Shown here piece by piece: positions 19,384 to 26,773 of a stretch of DNA of 64,000 nt. The DNA is from a virus. Position 1 is the stretch's first letter; the number at the start of each line of letters is the position of its first letter. Under the pieces are notes generated by a model. It was given only the letters and a program-made list of their open reading frames with translations, was not told the origin of the DNA and did no database searches. The translations under genes and the position numbers were made by a program. The stretch is taken from positions 1 to 64,000 of IMG/VR virus record IMGVR_UViG_3300027631_000002; one strand, written 5' to 3'.

Positions 19384-20265
19384 TTAGTTTATTGCTAATC
19401 TTTTTGTTGATGTTTTACCATCTTCTGTAATTTTTACGATGTACATACCTGTTACTAAACTACTTACGTTTAATTGACTTTGTATATTTTCTACTAAAAC
19501 TTTTTTACCAATCATATCATAAATCTCTACATCTTTTGTAGAATTTAGATCAGTTGTGATATTTAAAATATTTTTTGTTGGATTTGGATAAACTTGTAAT
19601 CCAGAAATTTGATTTTGATTAGTAGATAGTACTAATGCACCATTTGATACGGTAAAGTTGTCGATTCTCCAAGCACCAGCCGCAGAATAGTTTGCAGGTG
19701 TTGTTGCAGCATAACCAACTGCAGAGTAGTCTGTTCCTGTTGGATTAAAAATTGATACTATTCTGAAAGCAAATCCAGATTGATTACTAGCATTAGTTGG
19801 CATTACAAGTGTAACCATTGGAGTTGAGGTAAATGAATTAGTCAATAGTCCACCATTATTACCGAATACTGTCCAAGTTGTTCCGCCATTTATACTATAT
19901 TCATATTGTTGAAATCTTGATGAAGTATTTGAACCTCTTGGATCAAAAGTTACATTAATTGCATCTGTGAATCCAAGTGTACTAACTGCAAATTGAAATC
20001 CAGCAGTACCTGATCCTGTTAGTGTTAAAGGAAATGTTTTAATGCTATACCCAAGATTGGTAGTTGCTGTACCATTACCTAATGGCATAGAACCAGCTGT
20101 ACTAAGATTATCAACAACTCCACCTATCGGTGTGAATGTTCCTGTTCCAGTAGTAGGTAACATAGCAGTTGCTGGGATTGCATTGTCAAAATTCCATTGT
20201 GTGATGTTTTGACCAAAAGAAATTGTTGTCATAAGTAAGACAACTAAAGTTAAAAGTTTTTTCAT
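19384..20265 (-). CDS. type IX secretion system (T9SS) type A CTD-containing protein
   Basis: Signal peptide plus C-terminal VYPNPTKNILNI...IYDMIGKKV...LNVSSLVTGMYIVKI...STKRLAIN. Confidence 0.92.
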   Translation of the reverse strand: MKKLLTLVVLLMTTISFGQNITQWNFDNAIPATAMLPTTGTGTFTPIGGVVDNLSTAGSMPLGNGTATTNLGYSIKTFPLTLTGSGTAGFQFAVSTLGFTDAINVTFDPRGSNTSSRFQQYEYSINGGTTWTVFGNNGGLLTNSFTSTPMVTLVMPTNASNQSGFAFRIVSIFNPTGTDYSAVGYAATTPANYSAAGAWRIDNFTVSNGALVLSTNQNQISGLQVYPNPTKNILNITTDLNSTKDVEIYDMIGKKVLVENIQSQLNVSSLVTGMYIVKITEDGKTSTKRLAIN

Positions 20266-20339
20266 GTTTTTATAAGTTTTTATTTTTTTACTTTCTTTAT
20301 AGATTGATAGAAAGAAAAGTTTATAAACTTATATAAATA

Positions 20340-20372
20340 AAAAATCCCCTAACTACTCAAAGTTAAGGGTTT
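20340..20372 (-). terminator. terminator downstream of the large ncRNA
   Basis: mRNA AAAACCCTTAACT...AGTTAGGGGATTTTT. Confidence 0.7.
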
Positions 20373-20399
20373 TATTTCACATGTATTTGTTTGTTTAAT

Positions 20400-21235
20400 A
20401 AGGGGCTGAGATTATGCCATCTTGTAAGAATCTTTTGAAGAATTATTGTTTCTCTTCGTATCCACAATCTTTTGGATTGTAATTCTCATTGAGGATTAGT
20501 TAGACTAATCACTTCTTGAGGCTTCAACTACTCTCTTATTACTCAACTCTCTTCAAACTTGCGGTCTGATTAAGGGTTCGACCCCTTAGAGGTTTTTGGC
20601 AAGAATACGTCTCAACTTGCGGTCTTGACGTGCACTGGACGGCCCAGTACTATGTACTCAACTTTCGTTGAAGCCTGACAGACACTTTTGCTTTTTAGTT
20701 TTTAAATTTTACTTCAAATGTAAATTGCTTTAGTGTTGTGGATATGTCGAAGAAGTGGTCTGTCGTAAGCTTCGTTATCTTTTGAACAACGAAATACTAA
20801 ACTCCTTCGTGAAGCCTCCCAGCCTCCATATTTTAAGACAACTTCAAACTAACACCTTGGTAGATGTTTAGTAGGGATAGTAGCAGCACCACCTGTTCTC
20901 TACCATTACCTTTCGGTTTTAAGTCACCTCTTATATTGGAAGTCGCAATCATATGGTTGGAGCCATACTTCTCGCAAAAATCCTATGAGTTATTCTTATT
21001 GGTGTTCCCACCTCAACCGGACAATCCACATTGCCGCGGTTACTCAACCACTTTCTCTACAGTGTTACCCTCGATAGTAAAGGTTGCGTAATATCTCACT
21101 TGTGTACTCGAGCTCTTACAAGCCGCAGAACCATTTAACGTTGATTCCACTTTATCCTAAGTTTCCCTAGGTTATTTAACGACGATACACCGCCGATTAT
21201 CATTTTACTAGCCACCGAAGTGATTAGTTGGATAA
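20400..21235 (-). ncRNA. large structured ncRNA, GOLLD-like (~830 nt)
   Basis: GC-elevated, no convincing ORF, many minus-strand hairpins with GNRA/UUCG loops (CCTAGG-GAAA-CTTAGG, TCAAC-GAAA-GTTGA, ACC-GAAA-GGT, CAC-TTCG-GTG, two GCAA loops). Adjacent to the tRNA cluster. Confidence 0.6.
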
Positions 21236-21241
21236 TACAAT

Positions 21242-21256
21242 ATTTTCAAAGAACGT
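21242..21256 (-). promoter_or_regulatory. rrn-type boxA-like antitermination element
   Basis: ACGTTCTTTGAAAAT between the promoter (TATCTTTG at 21281-21288) and the large ncRNA. Confidence 0.55.
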
Positions 21257-21340
21257 AATCTTTTTGTTTTTATTATAGTACAAAGATAATATAAGTTGTT
21301 TAAACTACCAAAATTATTTTTACTTTTTTTAAAAAAAATT

Positions 21341-21441
21341 AAGACCCTATTACAGGCAGTTGATTACCCCATTCTATTTGGACTTGGATGTTATAGCTTT
21401 CACTAATAAATTAGCTAGAATGCGTCAGCTCATTGAGTCTT
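21341..21441 (-). ncRNA. unassigned ~100-nt structured RNA
   Basis: Closing helix AAGACTC/GGGTCTT, internal CATTCT/AGAATG and TAGCT/AGCTA pairings. Confidence 0.4.
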
Positions 21442-21449
21442 AATTTTAG

Positions 21450-21546
21450 TAGTCTGTACGGGATTCGAACCCGTGTGACCAGCCGCCCCGAAGGACCGCT
21501 ACCCGTCCTGACCCACCGAAGTGAGTATCCGCTAGACGAACAGACC
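21450..21546 (-). ncRNA. tRNA-Glu-scaffold RNA 1 (anticodon arm capped by UUCG, D-loop hairpin insertion)
   Basis: GGTCTGT/ACAGACT-A acceptor, ACGGG-TTCGAAT-CCCGT T-arm, D-loop insert ACTCAC-TTCG-GTGGGT, anticodon arm GTCC-TTCG-GGGC. Confidence 0.85.
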
Positions 21547-21577
21547 GATAAGTAGTTGCCTACCTAGGTTTTATTTG

Positions 21578-21666
21578 TAGTCTGTACGGGATTCGAACCC
21601 GCGTTACCTCCTTCGAAGGGAGACGTCCTGACCCACCGAGGTGAGTATCCACTAGACGAACAGACC
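21578..21666 (-). tRNA. tRNA-Glu-scaffold RNA 2 with TCG (Arg) anticodon and D-loop hairpin insertion
   Basis: Same acceptor, near-identical T-arm. Anticodon arm TCTCC-CTTCGAA-GGAGG. Insert ACTCAC-CTCG-GTGGGT. Confidence 0.8.
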
Positions 21667-21749
21667 GAAGTGTCGTGTTTAATTACACTAAAGATGAATA
21701 CTTAAAAGTACCAACTTGTCAACATTACAGAAATGACATTTACACTTAG

Positions 21750-21822
21750 TAGCGGGAGAAGGACTCGAACCTCCGACCTTATGGTTATGAGCCACACGAG
21801 CTGCCAACTGCTCTATCCCGCG
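21750..21822 (-). tRNA. tRNA-Met(CAT), initiator-like
   Basis: C1:T72 mismatch, A11:U24, loop CTCATAA. Only two of the three initiator G-C pairs (TGTGG/CCATA). Confidence 0.88.
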
Positions 21823-21835
21823 ATATATTTTGTTG

Positions 21836-21951
21836 TAGTCTGTACGGGATTCGAACCCGCGTTCCTCTCTCGTGACTAAGAGAATGTCCTGTTTACCTTA
21901 CTTTAATGCCGAAGCTTTTTGTTCAGTAAACGTCCACTAGACGAACAGACC
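21836..21951 (-). ncRNA. tRNA-Glu-scaffold RNA 3 (43-nt D-loop insertion, enlarged anticodon loop containing GTC)
   Basis: Same acceptor, near-identical T-arm. Insert GTTTAC...GC-TTCG-GC...GTAAAC. Arm TTCTC-TTAGTCACGA-GAGAG. Confidence 0.82.
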
Positions 21952-21995
21952 GAAGAGTGTCGGAATTAAAACGCGCATCACTCTTATTTGTTTGA

Positions 21996-22027
21996 CAAAG
22001 ATACGGTGACTTTTTTAATCTACCAAA
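21996..22027 (-). promoter_or_regulatory. Bacteroidota sigma-A-type promoter (repeated unit)
   Basis: TTTG-N20-TATCTTTG. Near-identical copies at 22294, 22611, 22690, 22818 and 34685, and a looser one at 21281. Most share TTTGGTAGATTA. Confidence 0.85.
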
Positions 22028-22123
22028 TCTTTTTTAATTTATTTTGTACCCCAGCCAGGATTTTCACCTGTATCTCTGTTTTAGTTAAAACAATGACTTT
22101 ATTCATCCAATGGAGTGTATTTG

Positions 22124-22224
22124 TAGTCTGTAAGGGATTCGAACCCATGTTTTCTCCTTCAATGCCATTACGCAGTAATCGGGAAATGTCCTATCACCGA
22201 AGTGAACCGCTAGACGAACAGACC
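22124..22224 (-). ncRNA. tRNA-Glu-scaffold RNA 4 (24-nt anticodon loop with internal hairpin)
   Basis: Same acceptor. Insert TCAC-TTCG-GTGA. Arm TTTCC-[CGATTACTGCGTAATGGCATTGAA]-GGAGA. Confidence 0.82.
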
Positions 22225-22344
22225 GAAAGAGTTGTGCTATCGTACACCACTAGGCCGGAATTTCACACGACACCTACTCTTATTTTATTTTGACAAAGAT
22301 ACGACGACTTTTTTAATCTAACAAATCTTTTTTCATTTATTTTG

Positions 22345-22483
22345 ACCGCATTGAGGGAGTCGAACCCAAATGTAAATACATTTACTAGTATTTATATTTA
22401 TAATAACAAGATTAGAACCTATCCCGACTTCATACTAGAATATTAAATTATTATCTAGTTTACTAACTACTTGTTCAACGCGA
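22345..22483 (-). pseudogene. degenerate tRNA-like element with long AT-rich interior
   Basis: Acceptor TCGCGTT/AATGCGG and GGG-TTCGACT-CCC T-arm core. D and anticodon arms are not canonical. Confidence 0.45.
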
Positions 22484-22488
22484 ATGTG

Positions 22489-22593
22489 TAGTCTGTAAGG
22501 GATTCGAACCCATGTTTACAATCTCTCCATATACCAGGATATTTGAGATTGTCGTCCTATCACCAAAGTGATATACCGCTAGACGAACAGACC
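22489..22593 (-). ncRNA. tRNA-Glu-scaffold RNA 5 (8-bp anticodon stem, 19-nt loop)
   Basis: Same acceptor. Insert ATCAC-TTTG-GTGAT. Arm ACAATCTC-[19 nt]-GAGATTGT. Confidence 0.82.
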
Positions 22594-22892
22594 ATTTTAT
22601 TTTTGTTTGACAAAGATAAGGACAATTTTTTAATCTACCAAATCTTTTTTTTCAATCTTTTTGAGAGTTTGTTTCTCTCATTTGTTTTACAAAGATACGG
22701 TGACTTTTTTAATCTACCAAATCTTTTTTAATTTTTTTTATTTTCTTCCCCAGATCATATATCCGATTAAAATCCCAACTATTATACCTGAACCCATATT
22801 ATTTCTTTATTAGAGTACAAAGATACAAAAGTTTTCTAATCTACCAAATTTTTTTAGAAAAAAAAATGATAAAATAATTTAATATATACATT

Positions 22893-23318
22893 ATGATATA
22901 TCCAGGAACACACTCACTAAAATTAAGGGAAGACAAAGAAACACGTCTTTCTGTATCAGAATTAGATGGTAATTTTAAATACCTAAATAATCTAGCTTCT
23001 TCATCTGCATCACAAGAGTCTTATAGAAATTTAACTTTATCTGACTTTGTTACTAATTCATTTACTGCATCAACTACAGATACTTATTTATTTGTAGAAT
23101 GTCCAATTGCACAATATTTAAACATTTATCTTCCTGATCCAGCGGATATGCCAGGGAAGAAGTTATCTTTTGTAAAAACTGATAATAATTATGAAAATGA
23201 GGTTACATTACACGGAACATTTAATGTTGAGACTTTTTATTCTTTATATGGTTCGGGTTCTACTGCGACATTTGTTAGTAATGGTATTGCTTGGTGGTTG
23301 GTGCATAACTGGGGCTAA
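22893..23318 (+). CDS. small tail-fibre-type structural protein
   Basis: N-terminal LSVSELDGNFKYL matches the anchor of 11989..16269. C-terminal LPDPA...GKKLSFVKTD...FVSNGIAWW beta domain. TAATATATA at 22880-22888. Confidence 0.65.
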   Translation: MIYPGTHSLKLREDKETRLSVSELDGNFKYLNNLASSSASQESYRNLTLSDFVTNSFTASTTDTYLFVECPIAQYLNIYLPDPADMPGKKLSFVKTDNNYENEVTLHGTFNVETFYSLYGSGSTATFVSNGIAWWLVHNWG

Positions 23319-23346
23319 CAAAATTTAATTAAAAATAAATAGAATT

Positions 23347-23955
23347 ATGAAATACTATATAACACAACATTATACAATAGAACATAAAGAATTATATGAT
23401 TTAACAAGTCCTATAAATAAAAAGTATGCAGAGGATAACACATTTGAATATGTTTCAAGTGATATTAAAAGATGTCCTGAAAGAGCTGCTTGGTGGGAGA
23501 AAATTGCATGGTTGAAAGAATTTTTATCTTCAATTGAAGACGGTAGTTATGTTGTTTATCAAGATTGTGATAGTATTAGTGTAGGTGGTGATTTGAAATC
23601 TTTATTACACGAAGGTTCTGAATGGGGTCAAGTTGAACTTAGATCAGGTTTTGGTGGTAGAACACCAAATGGTTGGTTCAACGCAGGTGTTATTATTTTA
23701 ATAAACACGCAGGATGTTAGAGATTTTCTACAAAGAGTATGGGATAGAAATGATGATACCGATGAAACATCTATAAATAAAGAGATTAAGTCTCAAAATG
23801 GAACTATTGGTAGAGGTAAAAAAGTTACTAGTTTAGATGTTGAACTTAATTGTTGGAACAATAATAAACACTTAGCATCTGATATAATAATAAAATCTTG
23901 GCACGGTATAACATACCAAGATAAAATCAATTTAATTAGAGATTATATAAAATAA
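23347..23955 (+). CDS. glycosyltransferase (GT34/GMA12-MNN10-like)
   Basis: WEKIAWL, YQDCDS (DxD), WFNAGVIIL and DETSIN. Confidence 0.7.
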   Translation: MKYYITQHYTIEHKELYDLTSPINKKYAEDNTFEYVSSDIKRCPERAAWWEKIAWLKEFLSSIEDGSYVVYQDCDSISVGGDLKSLLHEGSEWGQVELRSGFGGRTPNGWFNAGVIILINTQDVRDFLQRVWDRNDDTDETSINKEIKSQNGTIGRGKKVTSLDVELNCWNNNKHLASDIIIKSWHGITYQDKINLIRDYIK

Positions 23956-23988
23956 AAAACCCCGTCAGAAGATGGGTTTTTTGTTTAA

Positions 23989-25053
23989 TTATCCTGAGAT
24001 ATATCTAAATAATAGAAATAATCCACAAGAAACTGCAATTGTTACTGGTAGTGTAAGAATCCATGCAGATAATATTGTTTTTATTGTTTTTGTTTTTAAA
24101 TTATTTACTCCTTTTGATGCAACCATTGATCCTGCAATACCAGAACTTAATATGTGTGTTGTTGATACTGGTAGTTTAAATGCGGTTGATAATCCAATTG
24201 TAATTGCTGCAACTAATTCAGAAGAAGCTCCTTGTGCATAAGTTAAATGTTGTTTACCAATTTTCTCTCCAATTGTAACTACAATTCTTTTCCATCCAAT
24301 CATGGTTCCTAATCCTAATGAAGTAGCAATCATCCACATAACCCACATTGGTGGATTAGAAACATTGTCTAATGTAAAAGTAAGTGGTAAGAAAGCCATA
24401 AGAATAATCATAGCTAAACCGATTCCTTTTTGACCATCATTTCTTCCGTGAAAGAATGAAACTAACGTACAAGTGGATATAAGTATTGTTCTAATCCAAA
24501 ATGGTGGTGGGTTATCTCCATTGGGTTCTTCAAATACGTCTTTTCTTTTAACAACCTTGTTCAAAAACCACATTAAAAGAATTACCATAGTAAATCCTAA
24601 TAAAGGTGAGAAAGCTAGAGCTTTTCCTATATCAATAATTTTGCCCCAATTAGTATAATCTACTCCTGTTATAATAGAATAACCAACAGAAACTCCAATA
24701 ATTGATCCAATTAAGGTATGAGAAGAAGAGGCAGGGATTCCTTTATACCAAGTTGCTAAGTTCCAAAAAATAGCAGTAATTAAGATTGACATAACCATAC
24801 CCATCGTATGATAGATGTTACTATCTGTAAGTATTTCTTTAGGAATAAGTGTTACGATACTTAATGCAACACCTACACCACCAGTAATGAGACCGAGGAA
24901 ATTCATAATTCCTGACCAAACAACTGCTTGTTTAGGCTTTAAAGATTTTGTATAGATTACAGTGGCAACTGCATTTGCGGTATCGTGAAATCCATTGACG
25001 AATTCAAAGATACAAACCGCGAGTAAAGCTAAAATTAGCAAAGTTGTTAACAT
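23989..25053 (-). CDS. pitA: PiT-family inorganic phosphate transporter
   Basis: NGFHDTANAVAT, GIPASSSHTLIG, HGRNDGQK and PVSTTHILSSGIAG. Confidence 0.93.
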   Translation of the reverse strand: MLTTLLILALLAVCIFEFVNGFHDTANAVATVIYTKSLKPKQAVVWSGIMNFLGLITGGVGVALSIVTLIPKEILTDSNIYHTMGMVMSILITAIFWNLATWYKGIPASSSHTLIGSIIGVSVGYSIITGVDYTNWGKIIDIGKALAFSPLLGFTMVILLMWFLNKVVKRKDVFEEPNGDNPPPFWIRTILISTCTLVSFFHGRNDGQKGIGLAMIILMAFLPLTFTLDNVSNPPMWVMWMIATSLGLGTMIGWKRIVVTIGEKIGKQHLTYAQGASSELVAAITIGLSTAFKLPVSTTHILSSGIAGSMVASKGVNNLKTKTIKTILSAWILTLPVTIAVSCGLFLLFRYISG

Positions 25054-25093
25054 AATAGTTTTTTTAGTATAGTTTTAAAAAAATAAAAGTTAT

Positions 25094-26500
25094 TTATTTT
25101 TTGATCATATGACTACATATTTCATCCATCCAACCGAGTTTCTGTGCAACCTGTGCTCCACTACATCCTTTAATAAAATCATTTCTAGTATTATATTTAA
25201 GTGCCTCTTCTTGACATCTTTCTTTTGTCCAATACCCAACTGGTCTTTTTTTAACTATCATGTGTGAACATATTTCATCCATCCAACCATTTCTACCAGC
25301 TACTTGTCCAGAAGGAGATCCTTTAATATAACTACTTCTGGTATTATATTTAAGTGCTTCTTCTCTACATCTTTCTTTTGTCCAATATCCTCTAGGTTTT
25401 ATATCTCGTATTTCCATATGACTACATATTTCATCTATCCAGCCATTTCTTTGTGCCGCTGCTGCCGCACCACCAGCACTTGTTTTAAAATCATTTAAGT
25501 TATTGTATTTAAGTGCTTCTTCTCTACATCTTTCTTTTGTCCAAGAACCGGCAGGATTAGTTTGTTTATCCATATGTGCACATATTTCATCCAGCCAACC
25601 ATTTTTATATGCTGAACTTTGTGCACCCCTAGATCCTAATTTGAATTTATAACGTTTATCATATTTTAGTGCTTCTTCTCTACATCTTTCTTTAGTCCAA
25701 TAGAAATCTCTTATAACCTTATCATAATCTTTACATATTTCATCGATCCATCCATATTTATATGCTGCAGCTATTGCACCTGGTGAACCTTTAGTAAAAT
25801 CAATTTTATTTTTATATTTAAGAGCTTCTTCTTTACATTTCTCTTTAGTCCATATAAGATAGTTACCACCAACATCTCCACCATTAGAAGTATTTAAAAC
25901 CTTATAGTTTCTATCTCTATATTCTTTAATAAGATTAATTTCCATCTTCACAGCATCATCAAGAGGTATAGGTTCTGGTGTTAATAATTTAGAAGTTGGT
26001 ATAAGTCCTGTTAATTTGATATAATCATATACTGAGGATTTTCTACTATTTTCAAGGGTATGTTGTATATTTCTACGTTTAAAGTCAGATGTTAAACCTA
26101 TATATACTGCATTATCTGGAAATGTATATATATATACAAATCTCTTTACACGATTACCTAAATAGCTCATATGGTCACATACCTCTTTTAACCAACCTCT
26201 TATTCTTGCTATACTATATGCAGTAGGTTCATTATTTCCAAATTCACTTCTACTATTATATTTAAGAGCAATTTCTTGACATCTTTCTTTTGTCCAATAT
26301 CCTTTAAAGTTTCTAAGTGGAATCATATGACTACACACTTCATCTAACCAGCCGTTTAAACGTGATGAATTATATGCTCTCTCCGAGAGTTTACGAAATT
26401 CACTTCTACTAGAATATTTTAAAGCTTCTTCTTGACATTTTTCTTTTGTCCAAATTTTTTTACCTTCGTTTATCTCATTAAAATTTTTTAAATGCTTCAT
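25094..26500 (-). CDS. GIY-YIG endonuclease embedded in seven ~50-aa WTKExCxEEALKY repeats
   Basis: FVYIY...VYIGLT...R...H core with 2 repeats before and 5 after. N-terminus MKHLKNFNEINE. Confidence 0.75.
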   Translation of the reverse strand: MKHLKNFNEINEGKKIWTKEKCQEEALKYSSRSEFRKLSERAYNSSRLNGWLDEVCSHMIPLRNFKGYWTKERCQEIALKYNSRSEFGNNEPTAYSIARIRGWLKEVCDHMSYLGNRVKRFVYIYTFPDNAVYIGLTSDFKRRNIQHTLENSRKSSVYDYIKLTGLIPTSKLLTPEPIPLDDAVKMEINLIKEYRDRNYKVLNTSNGGDVGGNYLIWTKEKCKEEALKYKNKIDFTKGSPGAIAAAYKYGWIDEICKDYDKVIRDFYWTKERCREEALKYDKRYKFKLGSRGAQSSAYKNGWLDEICAHMDKQTNPAGSWTKERCREEALKYNNLNDFKTSAGGAAAAAQRNGWIDEICSHMEIRDIKPRGYWTKERCREEALKYNTRSSYIKGSPSGQVAGRNGWMDEICSHMIVKKRPVGYWTKERCQEEALKYNTRNDFIKGCSGAQVAQKLGWMDEICSHMIKK

Positions 26501-26519
26501 AGTATTATATATAAAGTTA

Positions 26520-26550
26520 AAGAGATTGATATTATAAATATCAGTCTCTT
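26520..26550 (-). terminator. terminator after rnpB-like gene
   Basis: AAGAGACTGATAT-TTATA-ATATCAATCTCTT. Confidence 0.7.
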
Positions 26551-26559
26551 TCTTAAATA

Positions 26560-26754
26560 TAAGTAAGTGAGCTTAGCCGCGATTTTGTTCTATCCCATCA
26601 TTTATCTTTGCATCAACCCGTTCTCAAAGGGAAACCGACACCCTCGAATTGTTTGACTTGCTACTTCCTTAGTACAATCGACATTAGTCTCCTAAGTTAG
26701 GTTTTGTAGTCGCGAACTTCCTCTGTTTCCAGCGATAGGTTCTCTGCTTACTTA
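26560..26754 (-). ncRNA. rnpB: minimal RNase P RNA (~195 nt)
   Basis: P1 AAGTAAG/CTTACTT. P4 GAGGAAGTTCGCGA pairs with ACAAAATCGCGGCTAA, with the bulged U. TAGCAAGTCAAACAA and AGATAAATGA conserved-region motifs. P5 CTAC/GTAG encloses only ~40 nt. Confidence 0.85.
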
Positions 26755-26773
26755 TTGTAAAAGTACAAGATAG

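Noticed and set aside
20401-20430. tmRNA 5' end (GGGGCTGA...) on the plus strand
   Set aside because: No tmRNA D-loop or 3' T-arm/acceptor. Tetraloop polarity and the promoter indicate the minus strand.
21341-21441. Twister or hammerhead ribozyme, or SAM/cobalamin riboswitch
   Set aside because: Only partial word matches (CTGACG, CCAAGTCC). The conserved cores and pseudoknots could not be built.
21450-22593. CRISPR-like repeat-spacer array, or intron-containing tRNAs
   Set aside because: The repeated parts are tRNA acceptor, D and T elements with irregular spacing and internal promoters. I saw no bulge-helix-bulge motifs, the inserts are far too short for group I introns, and removing them would not restore normal anticodon loops in most copies.
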